Below, piece by piece: positions 27,891 through 41,518 of a stretch of 64,000 nt of DNA. The stretch spans positions 25,172,001-25,236,000 of the forward strand of contig OX597822.1 in NCBI GenBank assembly GCA_951406725.2. Reading direction: 5' to 3'. Origin of the DNA: Octopus vulgaris. Lineage: Eukaryota. The position numbers were made by a program, and so were the translations under genes. How positions within the stretch are numbered: the first letter of the stretch is position 1; the number at the start of each line of letters is the position of its first letter. The notes beneath the pieces are model-generated. The model saw only the letters and a program-made list of their open reading frames with translations. It did no database searches and was not told where the DNA came from.

Positions 27891-28152
27891 ATAAGCGCTA
27901 GAAAAACAAACTTTATTGCTGTGTCTGCTATATCTGCCTTATGTGTAAGTCTATTCTCATATAACTTTACGAGTTGAAATCCCACCCATATTCACGTTAC
28001 CTTTCATCATTCCGTTACGGATTAACAAACGAAACATTACTCATTAACTGGAATCGATTTTCCTGATTCGTTGCCATCTTAGAAATTACTATAATTATCA
28101 AATTTACCATTATATTGCAGCTTGATGGTTATTATTAGTGGTGGCGAATAAT

Positions 28153-28400
28153 GCGGCGAGCTGGCAAAATCGGTAGCGAGCTGGGGAAACTGCTAAGCAG
28201 AATTTTGTACGTTTGTACAAATTCGGCCGAGGTCGACTTTGTTTTTCATCCTTTCAGAGTCGATGAAATGAGCACCAGTCGCAGCCTCGTCGCTATTGTA
28301 AGAAGGATTATTAATGGTGGTGAATTGGCAGTCATTAGTCCAGCACTGGGGTCGATGTATTCGACTAACCCCGCCCCTCAAATCGCAGCCTTGTCCCTAT
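28153..28400 (+). mobile_element. SINE family C, diverged or interrupted
   Basis: GCGGCGAGCTGGCAAAATCGG...GCCGAGGTCGACTTTG..TTTCATCCTTTC...GCACTGGGGTCGATGTATTCGACT. Confidence 0.7.
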
Positions 28401-30154
28401 AGTAGGGAGGATTATTATAGGCGGCAAACTGGCACAATCATTAGAGTATCGGACAGATTGTTTTGCTCTATTTGTTCCAACTCTCTGCACTCAGAGATCC
28501 ATTCCCCACGAATTCATCACTGCCTTTCATTCTGTCTTACTGACCTAAGCCCTTTGCTTCCTATGGAGCTCAGGCCAACGATAACATTCTTAAATCTAGG
28601 CTTTAAAGCCTTCTTTTCCCATGTTTTGTCCGTTTGAATTGCCATAAATGCTTCTGTTTTTTTCTTTTTGTAGGTAAAGATACAGGCCCTACGCTAACCC
28701 ATTTTAACATCAGGAAAGAGATGGTCCACAACAGATTGGCTTTCATACTTTGATCTGTTCGGTATAGGAGGCCCTCCCAGGCATTTGAGCTCTGCTGGCA
28801 AACTCTCGGAGTCAAATGAGCAGTTCCATTGACAGAACAAGTGAATAGTTATCATCGATGCCGATGAAAACTTTTCTTTGAAGTACGCTATCAGACCAGG
28901 TCTTTGATCTGGAGATAAGCTGTAAGACCAAATTTCACTTTATTACTTTTTTCCTCACTGTCTGTGAAGTCTTGCCATAGATGTCATTAATGTTTCAGTT
29001 CCTACTTAGGCTATTCTGTGAAAAAAAAAATCGTGAACTGCAAATAAACAGGCGCCTTTAATAGCAGAAGTAAATGACCGAGGCACACATCGCAACAAGG
29101 ACTGGACTGTGTAGTGGCTTTCACCATTTTGAAGTCGATGAAAAAATTACTAATCCAAGGAGCTGGATGAGCAATACAGTAAAAACGCCAGCCGGATGCT
29201 TTGTGGTATTTGTTCTACCTCTTTACATTCAGGGTTCAAATTCCATCGAAGTCAACCATTCAGTCAACTTTCAGGGCCGATAGAAGAGAAAGTACTAATG
29301 CAAGGTGGTAGGTTAGCGGAATTGTAAGGACGTTTAAACGAATGCTGTGCAAGTATTTATATCTGCTGTCTGAGTTCTGAGTTCAAATCCAGCCATGGTC
29401 TATTCTGATTGTCGACTTAACCAGATACCCGCTTTAACACAACCATCTGGAATCTTAGGTACCTTTAGCAAATGCTTCTGTTGGAAGTATTTGTACCAGA
29501 TTTCCGCTTTCCAGTTTGGGATACCACCATCTCTCCCATCAGAGGCCTTGTAACGGGACACAGGCACTGCTTTCTCATGTGAGCCAAAAGAAAAGAAAAA
29601 CACAAACACACACTATTAAGATTTTATCGTGTTTTGCACAGAATGTGTCAATTGTCACTGGTGTGTTCTATATATTCGTTCTGAGTTCAAATCTTACTGA
29701 GGTTAATTTTGTCCTTCAAAATTCTGGGGTCGATATGCCAGTACAAGGAAGGGGAATGATGGGATTTTCTGAGTGTCAGAGATGTTTTGCTGCACCTGTA
29801 CTGGTTCCTTGTTTTCTGAGGTCATCCTGCCCGCTTTACAGGAATCCCATGAAATCTAAGGTAACTGCAAAGCGCTGGCATACAACCCAATTCAAAGACA
29901 GAGAAATTTACTTCGGACAGAGGTGGTGCCCATGGCATTTTACAGGGCATCTAAGACCGTTGGGAATAAAGATGGTTTCCTCAAACCAGAGACTTGGTCG
30001 GTATGTTACCAACGGAATGAACTCTATGTATAGAAATAGCATGTTCAACAATTCAAGCTTTTATACTTGAGATGATACGGAAATTGTGTGTATGTGTGTG
30101 TGTGTGTGTGTATTACACTTATAAATGTATATGTATATATGTGTATATGTATAT

Positions 30155-30218
<64 letters not shown>

Positions 30219-31452
30219 TATATATTTATATGTATGTATATATATATGTATGTGTGTGTCTGTCCGTGTAAAAGTATGTATCATATATATATATACACAT
30301 ACATATATTCTTAATATAATATATAATATAATTTATATGTATATCTACACACACACACACACACAGCGCGCACACAGGCACACACACATCACACACACAC
30401 ATTTACTTTCATCTGTTAATACGTCATCCACAACCATTATTCTATCGTTTCTTTCAGGATGACGCAAACCGTCCCACGCCCTTAGACTTACTTGCGCATC
30501 TCTATTGCTAAATATTCAGCAATGATGTACTTCAAATAGAGCTGCTTAGTTAATTTTTTTATGCTCACTTCACAAACATACACACACTCTGTTTCTCTCT
30601 GTGTCTCTGTCTCTCTCTCTCTTTCTCACAGACACTCACAAACAGGCTGTACAAATATGAGCCATTCCACATGGGATATTCTCAGTCAGGTATACGCGAT
30701 CTTTTTCGAGAAGCGGGCCACATGAGACATGCTTCATCCTCAGAGGGTGGGCTGCACTACTAAAAACGTTCAAGGTAACTTCTCGGTGGTGAATCGTTAA
30801 AAAAAATCCTGTGGGTCGCAGTTTGCTCATGGCTTCCCCAAGTTTTCCAAGTTCTCACTGGACTCGGTCGAAATGATAGGTAAATATCCGTTTAATCATA
30901 GACAGAACCGTCTTAAACTAAAAGAACTTATTCTGATAAACTGATGAACGATACAGTACATTATCTCTTTGGGATATAGTTATTCGTTTTATTAATTAGA
31001 GCTTAGTTTAGCCGACAACACACAGAAGCACAGACACACGGACACACGCAGGTGCACGTGCACACACACTCTCTCTCACACACACATGTGGAGGGCTTCC
31101 ACACAGTTTCCTTGTACCAAATTCTCTTTCGAGACATTAGTCGGTGCTGAAATATAGCAGATGGCAATTGCCCAAGTGTGACGCAGTGGAATAAAACGGG
31201 AAACCCTGTGGCTGCAAAGCGAGTCACACACAGCCATACTCACACTTATAAGAGACATGACTATTTGGGGGCTGCGACAAAATGTTTTTCTCAATGAAGG
31301 AATTAAACGGAAAGGGACAAAATGTTAACTTGCGATTCATTATAACAGTAACCGGCGTACACTTAATTTTTAAATAAAATGTTTGTTATCCGTTAATTTT
31401 AATTAGTATAAACTTTTGATACACATTTGCGATTACAATAAGTGGTTTCTGA

Positions 31453-31518
<66 letters not shown>

Positions 31519-31522
<4 letters not shown>

Positions 31523-31819
31523 CGTGAGCGACCAGGCTATCAGATGTTGCTACACATCGCTGGTCACAATGCGCTTCGCATTGTTTTAGCCTTCAAATGA
31601 CGCCACCCCGCTGGCTAAGCGAGCAGGCCAACAGAAGGAAGAGTGAGAGAAAGTTGTGGCGAAAGAGTACAGCAAGGATCACCACCACCCCATGCCGGAG
31701 CTTCGAGGAGCTTTAGGTGTTTTCGCTGAATAAACACTCACAACGCCCGGTCTGGGAATCGAAACTGCGATCCTACGACTGCGAGTCCGCCGTCCTAACC
31801 ACTGAGCCATTGCACCTCC
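31519..31819 (-). mobile_element. SINE family A, full length, tail type 1, in (TA)n
   Basis: Reverse complement GGAGGTGCAATGGCTCAGTGGTTAGGACGGCGGACTCGCAG...GTTTCGATTCCCAGACC (A and B boxes)...GGTCGCTCACGGTGA. Confidence 0.9.
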
Positions 31820-31865
<46 letters not shown>

Positions 31866-31867
<2 letters not shown>

Positions 31868-32021
31868 AAGAGTGGTTGTGTGGTAAGAAGCTAAGCTTGC
31901 TTCCCAGTCGCATGGTTCCGGGTTCAGTCCAACACCATGGCACACTGGGCAAATATTTTCTACTATAGCCTCGGTCTAAAGCCTGGTGAATGGTAAACGG
32001 CAACTAAATAGAAGCCCGTCG
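31866..32021 (+). mobile_element. SINE family B 5' half
   Basis: GAGTGGTTGTGTGGTAAGAAGC...GGTTCCGGGTTCAGTCC...GAAGCCCGTCG. Confidence 0.8.
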
Positions 32022-32041
32022 TGTATATATATATATATATA

Positions 32042-32271
32042 TTTTTCTTTTCTATCCACAAGGGGCTAAACATAGAGGGGACAAACAAGGACAGACAAAA
32101 GGATTAAGTCGATTACATCGACCCAGTGCAAAACTGGTACTTTATTTATCGACCCCGAGAGGATGAAGGGCAAAGTCGACCTCGGCGGAATTTGAACTCA
32201 GAACCTAACGAGAGACGAAATACCGCTAAGCATTTCGCCCAGCGTGCTAACGAATCCGCCAGCTCATCGCC
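32042..32271 (-). mobile_element. SINE family C, full length, with Tx1-like tail
   Basis: Reverse complement GGCGATGAGCTGGCGGATTCGTTAGCACG...GTTCTGAGTTCAAATTCCGCC...TTTGTCCCCTCTATGTTTAGCCCCTTGTGGATAGAAAGAAA. Confidence 0.88.
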
Positions 32272-32307
<36 letters not shown>

Positions 32308-32322
32308 ATATATATATATATA

Positions 32323-32396
<74 letters not shown>

Positions 32397-32400
<4 letters not shown>

Positions 32401-32554
32401 AAAATGGAGAAATATTGATGAACAACAATTGTTACATCAATTATTATTTATTAATTCAATACATATGGACTGGGATGCAGTCTATATGTATTGAAATAAT
32501 AAATAATAATTGATGTAGTCAATTGTTGTTTATCAATATTTCTCCATTTTCTTT
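32397..32554. repeat. Near-perfect hairpin with ~75-bp arms; left end abuts (TA)n
   Basis: AAAGAAAATGGAGAAATATTGAT...CAATACATATGGACTG ggatg CAGTCTATATGTATTG...ATCAATATTTCTCCATTTTCTTT. Confidence 0.9.
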
Positions 32555-32728
32555 GATTCTTGATAAACTTATGTTCATCCTTGTCTTTACCTATAATTTA
32601 TGATCATAAGATGCTTGCATGTGTATGCCCATGGTTAAACATAGATAATATACCAGTAGTATAATGGATACTGTTATCCCTTAGACGGTCATTTTAACCT
32701 CTAACTCAGCTAACCTATATATATATAT

Positions 32729-32779
<51 letters not shown>

Positions 32780-33279
32780 GAGGGAGAGAGAGATTTAATT
32801 AGAGGAAATACTGGTTCAATTCTTAGTATTTTGGAGGGAATGAATTTCCTTAAAATAATAGGTATTTATAAAAAGATAGTTTATATGCATTTTAAAGAAA
32901 ATGGAGACTAGGAAGTTAATAATATTATTAATTACAATGATCATTTTGGCAGGCTAAAATGAGTGTGCTAAAATGAATTCATAAGTATACATATAACATC
33001 CAAATGTACATACTTTTCCTCTGATGATATTGCACTCATGAGACATTACTGTAAATTTAAACTTTATATTTATTGAACATTAATTGAAACGGCTGTAAGT
33101 GAAGATGACCAATTGTCTGCAAAGAATAAACAATTATTAACTTCCCAATCTCCATTTTCTTATTTTCTTTTAAATGAATATATATATATACATACATATA
33201 TAACAGTGTTTTCAATGTAGGTGTGTAACCGACTCATGTAGTGCAAGTAAAACTAAAAGGAAAACATGCTGGCAATATT

Positions 33280-33490
33280 CTTTCTTTATTCTTTTATTTG
33301 TTTCAGTCGTTTGCAAATCAACCCCAGAAATTATTCTTTGTAAGCCTTGTACTTATTCTATCAGTCGCTTTTGCCGAATCGCTAGGTTACGGGGACGTAA
33401 AAACACCAGTCATGGTTGTCAAGCGATGTTAGGGGGACAAACACAGACACACAAACATATACATACATACATACATAATACATACATAAC

Positions 33491-33523
<33 letters not shown>

Positions 33524-33544
33524 CATACATACACACACACACAC

Positions 33545-33579
<35 letters not shown>

Positions 33580-33830
33580 TGTATGTATGTATGTATGTAT
33601 GTATATATCTATGCATATGTTAACGTGTGTGTCTGTCTACCCCCACCATCACTTGACAATCGATGTTAGTGTGTTTACGTTCCCGTAACCTAGCGGTTCG
33701 GCAAAAGAGACTGAAAGAATAAGTATCAGGCTCACAATGAATATGTCTTGGGGTCGATTTTCTTCGACTAAAAAAGCAGTGTTGCAGCATGGCCGCAGTC
33801 AAATAGCTGAAGCAAGCAAAAGAATAGAAA
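33280..33830. mobile_element. Two SINE B 3' halves in inverted orientation (33280-33455 -, 33625-33830 +) around a microsatellite
   Basis: GGTTGTCAAGCGATG / CATCACTTGACAATCG and GTTACGGGGACGTAAA / TTTACGTTCCCGTAAC are mutual reverse complements. Confidence 0.78.
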
Positions 33831-33839
33831 AATACAGAA

Positions 33840-33975
33840 AGGGGTGCTCAGATACATCTACTTATTGCAACGGTCCTTCAGTTTTTCTTAGCTCTGTAAA
33901 AGAACTCGGAAGGTTGGGTCTCCAACCAGGCATTTCACGACACCCCTAAAGGCAGGAACTTTTGAGCACCCCTCA
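33840..33975. mobile_element. Mariner-derived MITE, internally deleted
   Basis: AGGGGTGCTCA...TGAGCACCCCT terminal inverted repeat; interior shared with 25720-25929. Confidence 0.65.
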
Positions 33976-34121
33976 TATATATATATATATATATAAAAAA
34001 TTTACTCTTTAGTATTTCAATATATTTTTATGTAACTTTGGTAAATATATCTCTTAAAATGAGATGTCAGTGTTATTTTCATTTCTGCGTAATTTAGACG
34101 ACAATATATCCACCGCATCCT

Positions 34122-34167
<46 letters not shown>

Positions 34168-34205
34168 ACAGACACACACACATACACACAGACACACATA
34201 TATAT

Positions 34206-34262
<57 letters not shown>

Positions 34263-35119
34263 TACATATATATACGTATATATGTACACACATACACACA
34301 CATGCACAGACACTCTCTCTCACACGCACATTCACATACGCATATATATACAGTGTGCGTGTGTGTCATGTGTGGGTGGGTGGGTGTAACGTTGGATGAA
34401 GGAAGAATCTTCTGAAAATTACGAATAAGAAAAGAAAAGATAAGGAGAAAAAAAAGTATGTATGATGTTTGTCTGATTTTGGCACACCTGGAATCGCTCC
34501 AACAACTGTGATCCATATTTTTTTTTTATTCAGAAACAACGAGAAAGAAAATGAATAAAATAAAATAACACAAAATAAAAAATTTTGTTTTTCATTTTCT
34601 TATAAACTTCTTTGTTTTTCTATACGTTCAAACTTTCGTATCAAGATTTTATGTCCTAAATTTATTTTACGTTTACCTTCTTTCTTCACCATTTACATCT
34701 GCGATTAAAGACCCGTGTTTTCTTGTAGATTACGAGCTTCATTTTCTGAAGAAAAATCAAAGAAGAAACTGCAGCATCATTGCCGTTTATAGCAGGGCTT
34801 CACAGTCCAATGGGAAGATAATTAATGAAACGAAATCTTTCTTACGGAGTATCTCCAGATCAAAGACTCGCTCCGAACACATGCTTCGAACAAGGAAAAG
34901 AAAAAAAAAATCCTTGCCGGTTCAGATGATGACTATTCAGTTGTTCAATTAATTTAACTACCTAGTCATTGAATTAACATGTAACTGGTTGAGCATTTAA
35001 GGAACACGAAATTCTAACGCGGAGTATCATTTCAGTTCAACCTACACTTCATGCAACGTTTTTTCGCTCAGTGATCGGTGACCTTACAAATTTAGCTCGA
35101 GGCTAAATATATATATAGC

Positions 35120-35470
35120 GTGAGTTTACGAAAAAAACAAAAGACGAAGACAGGTGGTGTACAAAACAAACAGATATATTAGTATAACGCTCAGGAATAG
35201 AAAAAGTCTTTTACGTTTCGAGCCTACGCTCTTCTACAGAAAGGGACACAGAAAAAACAAGGAGAGAAAAAATGTGTGTAGTGGCTATATATATACATAT
35301 TTACACATATGAGATCCAAGGATCGAGGTGCAGGAAGAAAGTTAGCTTCAAGCAATCCGTAGTAAATATAGAAAACAACTTTCAGGGACAATAGTGTTTT
35401 TACTGAGACTGAAGGTTGTGGATTTTTTTCTTATCGAAGTACGATAGATTGAAAAAGTTTTTATATTCAA
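35120..35470 (-). mobile_element. Putative Penelope-like fragment with hammerhead-like motif (35208-35243)
   Basis: Near-identical to 8699-8828; the block GAAGAAAGTTAGCTTCAAGCAATCCGTAGTAAATAT is shared with 63340-63377. Confidence 0.6.
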
Positions 35471-35494
35471 CGGTTGGCAACCAGGATTGACGGG

Positions 35495-35750
35495 TGAGTT
35501 CAGTGGTTAGGGTATTCGGCCCACTATCACAAGGTCATGAGTTCAATACCCGGCAACACACTTTGTTTTCACTTTGCTCCAGTATACACTCAGCTGGGAA
35601 AAATGAGTAGTTCTTGTACTTCAAACGACCAGCCTTATCACACTCTTTGCCAGTGAAGCTCCTTGAGAACTTCGTTAAGGGGACATGTGTTTATGAAGTG
35701 CCCAGTCACTTGCACGCTAATTTCACGAGCATGGGATCAACTGGAACTCT
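35495..35750 (+). mobile_element. SINE with family D head and tail type 3
   Basis: CAGTGGTTAGGGTATTCGG...GAGTTCAATACCCGGC...CACTTGCACGCTAATTTCACGAGCA..GATCAACTGGAAC. Confidence 0.65.
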
Positions 35751-35754
35751 ACCA

Positions 35755-35816
<62 letters not shown>

Positions 35817-36448
35817 TCCCCAGTCGAAAGACGCCTGTTGTTATGTCCTGTTATTATTATTGTTATTTTTATTGTATTTTTGTAATTATATTCATGTAAC
35901 ATCGTCTGTTTTTCCGCTCTTGTTTTTGTATACATTCGATGCTTTTTTCCAAGAATGCTCTTAGCTTAGTTTTTCCTTGGGGCTGGCCAGATTGGAGCAA
36001 TCTCAAGATTAATCAGCCGAAATTGCGAGGATGATCCGGTTCTTGACTGAAGATAAAAGGCTTGGAATGACCCATCCTTGTTTTTTCTATCGTCTACCTG
36101 GATATTTTGTTGTCCATTTTTGCATCACCTAGTTGTCTGGATGTTTTGCGTTCTTGCCCCATTTTGTATTTTATTTTATTATATATATATATATGGACAA
36201 GTGAATTCTACTATGGCGTCGGGTCGACTAAAACGTTGTTAGGGGATTTGGCAGACGGAAACTGGAGGAATTCCGTCGTATATATATTCTCTTATTCCTT
36301 TATTTGTTTCGTCATTTGACTGTGGCTATGCTGCAGCACAACTTTTAGTTGACTTATTATTTGTAAGCCTAGTACTTATTCTATCGGAATATTTTTGCCG
36401 AACATCGGTTGTCAAGCGACGGTGAGGGGACAAACACAGACACACAAA

Positions 36449-36507
<59 letters not shown>

Positions 36508-37000
36508 ACACACACACAAACACGCACACACGCATACACATATTTAGTTCACTGTTCTGTTATAGCAAGGATCAACAGAAAATTATTCCATCTAGTGAGA
36601 GATAAATATCACTTAATGTACGCAGTATTTAAATAAGACTACAAATAGTTTCATGCTATGGAAACACGATACCTCGGTTGATTTATACAACGTACCAAGT
36701 GTTTCCAAGCAATCCTTCTGGCTCAGGGCACATGGTCACTCCTAACTGAAAACCAGGGTGTTGGTTCATGAGAAAACATGTGGAAAAACAACACGGTTGT
36801 TGCGAAATGGAATGAGAAAAAGGGTGAATATTATTGAAAATAGAAAGAAAGGAAAACAAAGAAAACCAACAATTGCCTCCCCTTTTTCTGCAGTTTTTGC
36901 TTGTCTTGCTTTCTAAACGACTTCCAGGCCGGATTCCAAAAGTAACAGGAACGCTGGGACCGGGGTATTGCTGCGCAAGTTAACTATTTCGAAGGAGTAG

Positions 37001-37646
37001 TTTTTGACACAACTTCGTATGTCACGGGAACTTTTTGATACCACCTCGTATGTCACGGGAACTTTTTGATACCACCTCGTATGTCACGGAAACTTTTTGA
37101 TAACACCTCGTATGTCACGGGAACTTTTTGATAACACCTCGTATGTCACGGGAACTTTTTGATACCATCTCGTATGTCACGAGAACATTTTGATACCATC
37201 TCATATGCAACGGGAACTTTTGATACCACCTCGTATGTCACGGGAACTTTTTGATACCACCTCGTATGTCACGGGAACTTTTTGATACCACCTCGTATGT
37301 CACGGGAACTTTTTGATACCACCTCGTATGTCACGGGAACTTTTTGATAACACCTCGTATGTCACGGGAACTTTTTTGATACCACCTCGTATTTCTCTGG
37401 AACTTTGTGATACCACCTCATATGTCACGGGAACTTTTTGATACCACCTCATATGTCTCGGGAACTTTTTGATACCACCTCATATGTCACGGGAACTTTT
37501 TGATACCACCTCGTATTTCTCTGGAACTTTGTGATACCACCTCATATGTCACGGGAACTTTTTGATACCATCTCATATGTCACGGGAACTTTTTGATACC
37601 ACCTCGTATGTCTCGGGAACTTTTTGATACCACCTCATATGTCACG
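37001..37646. repeat. 31-bp minisatellite, ~21 tandem copies
   Basis: Unit TTTTTGATACCACCTCGTATGTCACGGGAAC; 20 full copies plus 1 partial; no spacers. Confidence 0.97.
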
Positions 37647-38420
37647 TTTAAAAGCATTTACAGTGTTCATAGAGCATTGAGCAACGTCATGATGTCAGCA
37701 TTTTGATACCGGGCACAAATTATCATGATACGTGTAACTCTTTTCCAATATTCGGATGGCTTCCAGTTTTTCATATCTGCTAACTTTTTCTGAAGTACAA
37801 CTTTAAACTTTATGCTCTCCAATGCCGTTGACTGCTCAGCAATACATTACGCTTGATATAGAGAAACATAACAAATCATCAAATTTAGACCGAAAACCCT
37901 GTATATGATAAAAGACAACAAGCAGTGTGGTCGAACCTGGAAGTACTTAATTGTGAAGCAATCTTGGTAGTCATACGAGTCCATGCTCACGCCTACCATA
38001 AGCTCTTAGTTAATTAATAAAATAATTAATTAATTTGTTTGTTTACTTTTCTATTAATTTCAAGAAGTTACCCATTTCTTGCACAGTCATAAGAAATGTC
38101 ATTAGGAAATAGAACGCAAGATTATTTTGAAATAATCAGCCTTCACTTATGTAAATACAAAAAAAATAACATTAGAATAATTATTAAAAAAATCTTGAAA
38201 AATTTTAAGACGGGAAATAAGAATAATATAAAAAACGAAACGAACTAAAATGAAATGTTACTTATGAAAAGTAGGCTAAATGTATTGGCAATTTTCCAAG
38301 CCTGACTTCACTGTGGGTAGAGTGTATACACAAGATATAAACATAGGCGGAATATTTTACAAACAGGAAAGTGTTATGTTGTGAGTTATATCCTAATTTT
38401 TTACCTGGAAGTGGGGAGCG

Positions 38421-38483
<63 letters not shown>

Positions 38484-38486
38484 TAC

Positions 38487-38517
<31 letters not shown>

Positions 38518-38519
38518 GA

Positions 38520-38581
<62 letters not shown>

Positions 38582-38818
38582 CGTGTGTGTATGTATGTGT
38601 GTGCATGTGTGCGTGCGCACTCGTTATATAAAGAATATTCTTTTTTTATGAGTTGGTTTCTAACCCAGAGACAAACCTTCTTCGATGGAATTTAAACACA
38701 ATCGACTTGTTAGTCATTGTATGTATGTATGTATGTATATATATATGTGGGTATATGTGTGCCTCTATGTGTATATGCATGAATGAATTAATGTGTACAG
38801 GCCTGCATATGTATGTGC

Positions 38819-38868
<50 letters not shown>

Positions 38869-38883
38869 GTCTCTCTCCCCCCG

Positions 38884-38966
<83 letters not shown>

Positions 38967-39350
38967 AAGCGTGCAAAAGTAGGTATATAGTTATGAAAAA
39001 AAAACACGTACTATACTCATTTATTTTTATCAAAATAATTAAAATTCACAATAAAAGTATTATTATAGTTATGACAAATGTATTATTATTATTATTATTA
39101 TTAATAACACTAAAAATATCAAAAGTGAGGCTAACTTTAAAATTTTTTTTGATAAAAATAAATGAATATTGTACGTCTTTTCTTTTTTCATAACTGCATA
39201 ACTACTTTTCCACCCCACTGTGTATGTGTGTGTGTGTTTACATGTATATATAATATGCACCTCATCGTATCACCATACACACAAACACACACACACACAC
39301 ATACACACACACATATATATATATATATGTATATATGTATAGATACACAT

Positions 39351-39437
<87 letters not shown>

Positions 39438-40154
39438 ATACAGATATATATGTGTGTGTGTGTATGTATATATATATATACATACACACCCATATATATA
39501 TCTGTATGTACACACACATACACGCACACATATATACCTATGTATGTATCGTTCTCAACTCGCACTCATTCCAGTTGTTTTTTCTGCCCTTGTCTGAGGA
39601 ATCGGCTACATGTTGGAAAAACTATGGAGCAGCAGGTGATTCGGTCTTCCGAAGTAAATTATACATTCATACATACATACATACATACATACATACATAC
39701 ATACAGAGTTGCTCATACACATACAAGCGCGCGCATACACTCGCGCGCATACACTCGCGCTCACATATACATTCATTCGTACATTCATACATACATATAT
39801 GCATACACACACCCTCACACACACAACACATAGATATATATTCATATATGTATGTGCGCGCGCGTCAGTTTCTGTATATACCCTATGGCCTAATGGTTAA
39901 GAAGTTCGTATCGGGACTACGAATGTGTTGGTTCGAATCCGCTTATTAGCATTTTGGGCAATGACATTTTCTATACCTTCCTAATGGACTCATATATGCA
40001 TCGTGAGTGAAACTAAGTAGTCAGAAAATCGGGTAGATTGTACTTGGAACGGAAAAAGTTACAACATTGTTACAGAATTTATCACGTAGATTCTCCCGCA
40101 GAATTAAGAACCGTAGGATATTCTCCCACAATATGATATGCAGGTATTCTTTAT

Positions 40155-40766
40155 TACAACAAAGGCGTTCTATAGAGGATTAGTGGAGGGAAGGTGCGAC
40201 GACGTTCTCGAGCAGAATTTGGGCGTCGACGAGGAGCACCTGACCCGCTTGTTCAGGACAACTTTCGAGCCGGGATCTATGGACAATCACTAAAGATCCC
40301 TGGCCTAGCAGTGCTATCGAGAAGCATTGCCCGTTCGGGATAAGCTCGAGAAACACTGACACGGCTCGGGACACTGGATCGACTTGCCCGAGATGCGGTC
40401 AGAGCGGGGAAACCGTTCTGCATGCACTCATGCAGTGTCCAACCATTTTGGATCTGTGGGCTTATGCTGAACGGCTGCTGTCAACTGTGGGAGGAGTCCG
40501 CCTGTCGGTGGAGTCTATCGTGACAATTGCTCGGCCACCTTTCCTCAACCGGGAAGGTAAGACAGTCTTCATCGTACTGGTGGCCAGGGTGAAAGAATGT
40601 GTGTGGTGGACTCGAGCGTCAACCTTTTCAAGTACCACTTGAAAAATAAGGTGAGAATGGAGTGTCAGGTTTTGTCTCGTAAAAGTTTCAAAAAAAGGTG
40701 GGTGAATGTAGCAAATATGGTGCGCGCGAGTGACGAAACCACTTTGAGCATGATCCTGTAAATCGA

Positions 40767-40823
<57 letters not shown>

Positions 40824-41092
40824 ACTTTGCTCTCATGTGTTTATTTCCTCCCTGCCTGAGTGGTCTTTTCCGTAGGCTTTTCTTTCCACGGATAAACCTA
40901 ATCTTACTTTTTACTTTTTAAAAATTCTTCTGTGATACACGATCCCTTTTCATCGATTTTTTTCCCTATCCCTTTTGATCGGAATTCTACAAGTTTTCTT
41001 ATTTTCTCCTTTTTTTTCATTTTCGAAAAGAAAAGCTCTACATTTGTATTTGTCCCCTCTGTGTTCAGCACTCTGTGGTCAATAAAGAAAGT
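40155..41092 (+). mobile_element. 3' fragment of a Tx1/L1-clade non-LTR retrotransposon (ORF2 C-terminus plus 3' UTR)
   Basis: TTKAFYRGL...SLA*QCYREALPVRDKL; CCHC knuckle CPRCGQSGETVLHALMQC...VKECVWWTR; (GA)n; pyrimidine-rich UTR ending AATAAAGAAAG then (ATCT)n. Confidence 0.8.
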
Positions 41093-41093
41093 C

Positions 41094-41200
<107 letters not shown>

Positions 41201-41444
41201 CCTGTCTGTATTTAGAAATATTTATTATGTGCATGTGTGTGTGCGCGTACGCGTGCCTATTTTGTTCCTTTGTGTACTTTATTCCTTTCTGTACTTGTAG
41301 TTCCGTGAAGTTTAGAAATTACATTCACATATAAATAACTTATATATGTACTTCATATTATTTTAATTCCCCTATATGATACATCTATATATGAGTGTGT
41401 ATGTGTGTGGGCGCGAGGTAATTGTACGTATATACTCATATATA

Positions 41445-41518
<74 letters not shown>

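Noticed and set aside
29516-30070. 184-aa non-repetitive ORF
   Set aside because: It includes a SINE C fragment (~29640-29735), has a non-ATG start and shows no recognisable domain.
34727-34953. Possible exon after a TTTTCTTGTAG acceptor with ~75 open codons
   Set aside because: No recognisable protein similarity and no clear donor site; cannot be supported without RNA data.
37001-37646. CRISPR-like array of 31-bp repeats
   Set aside because: Units are directly adjacent with no unique spacers, there are no cas genes, and the context is eukaryotic.
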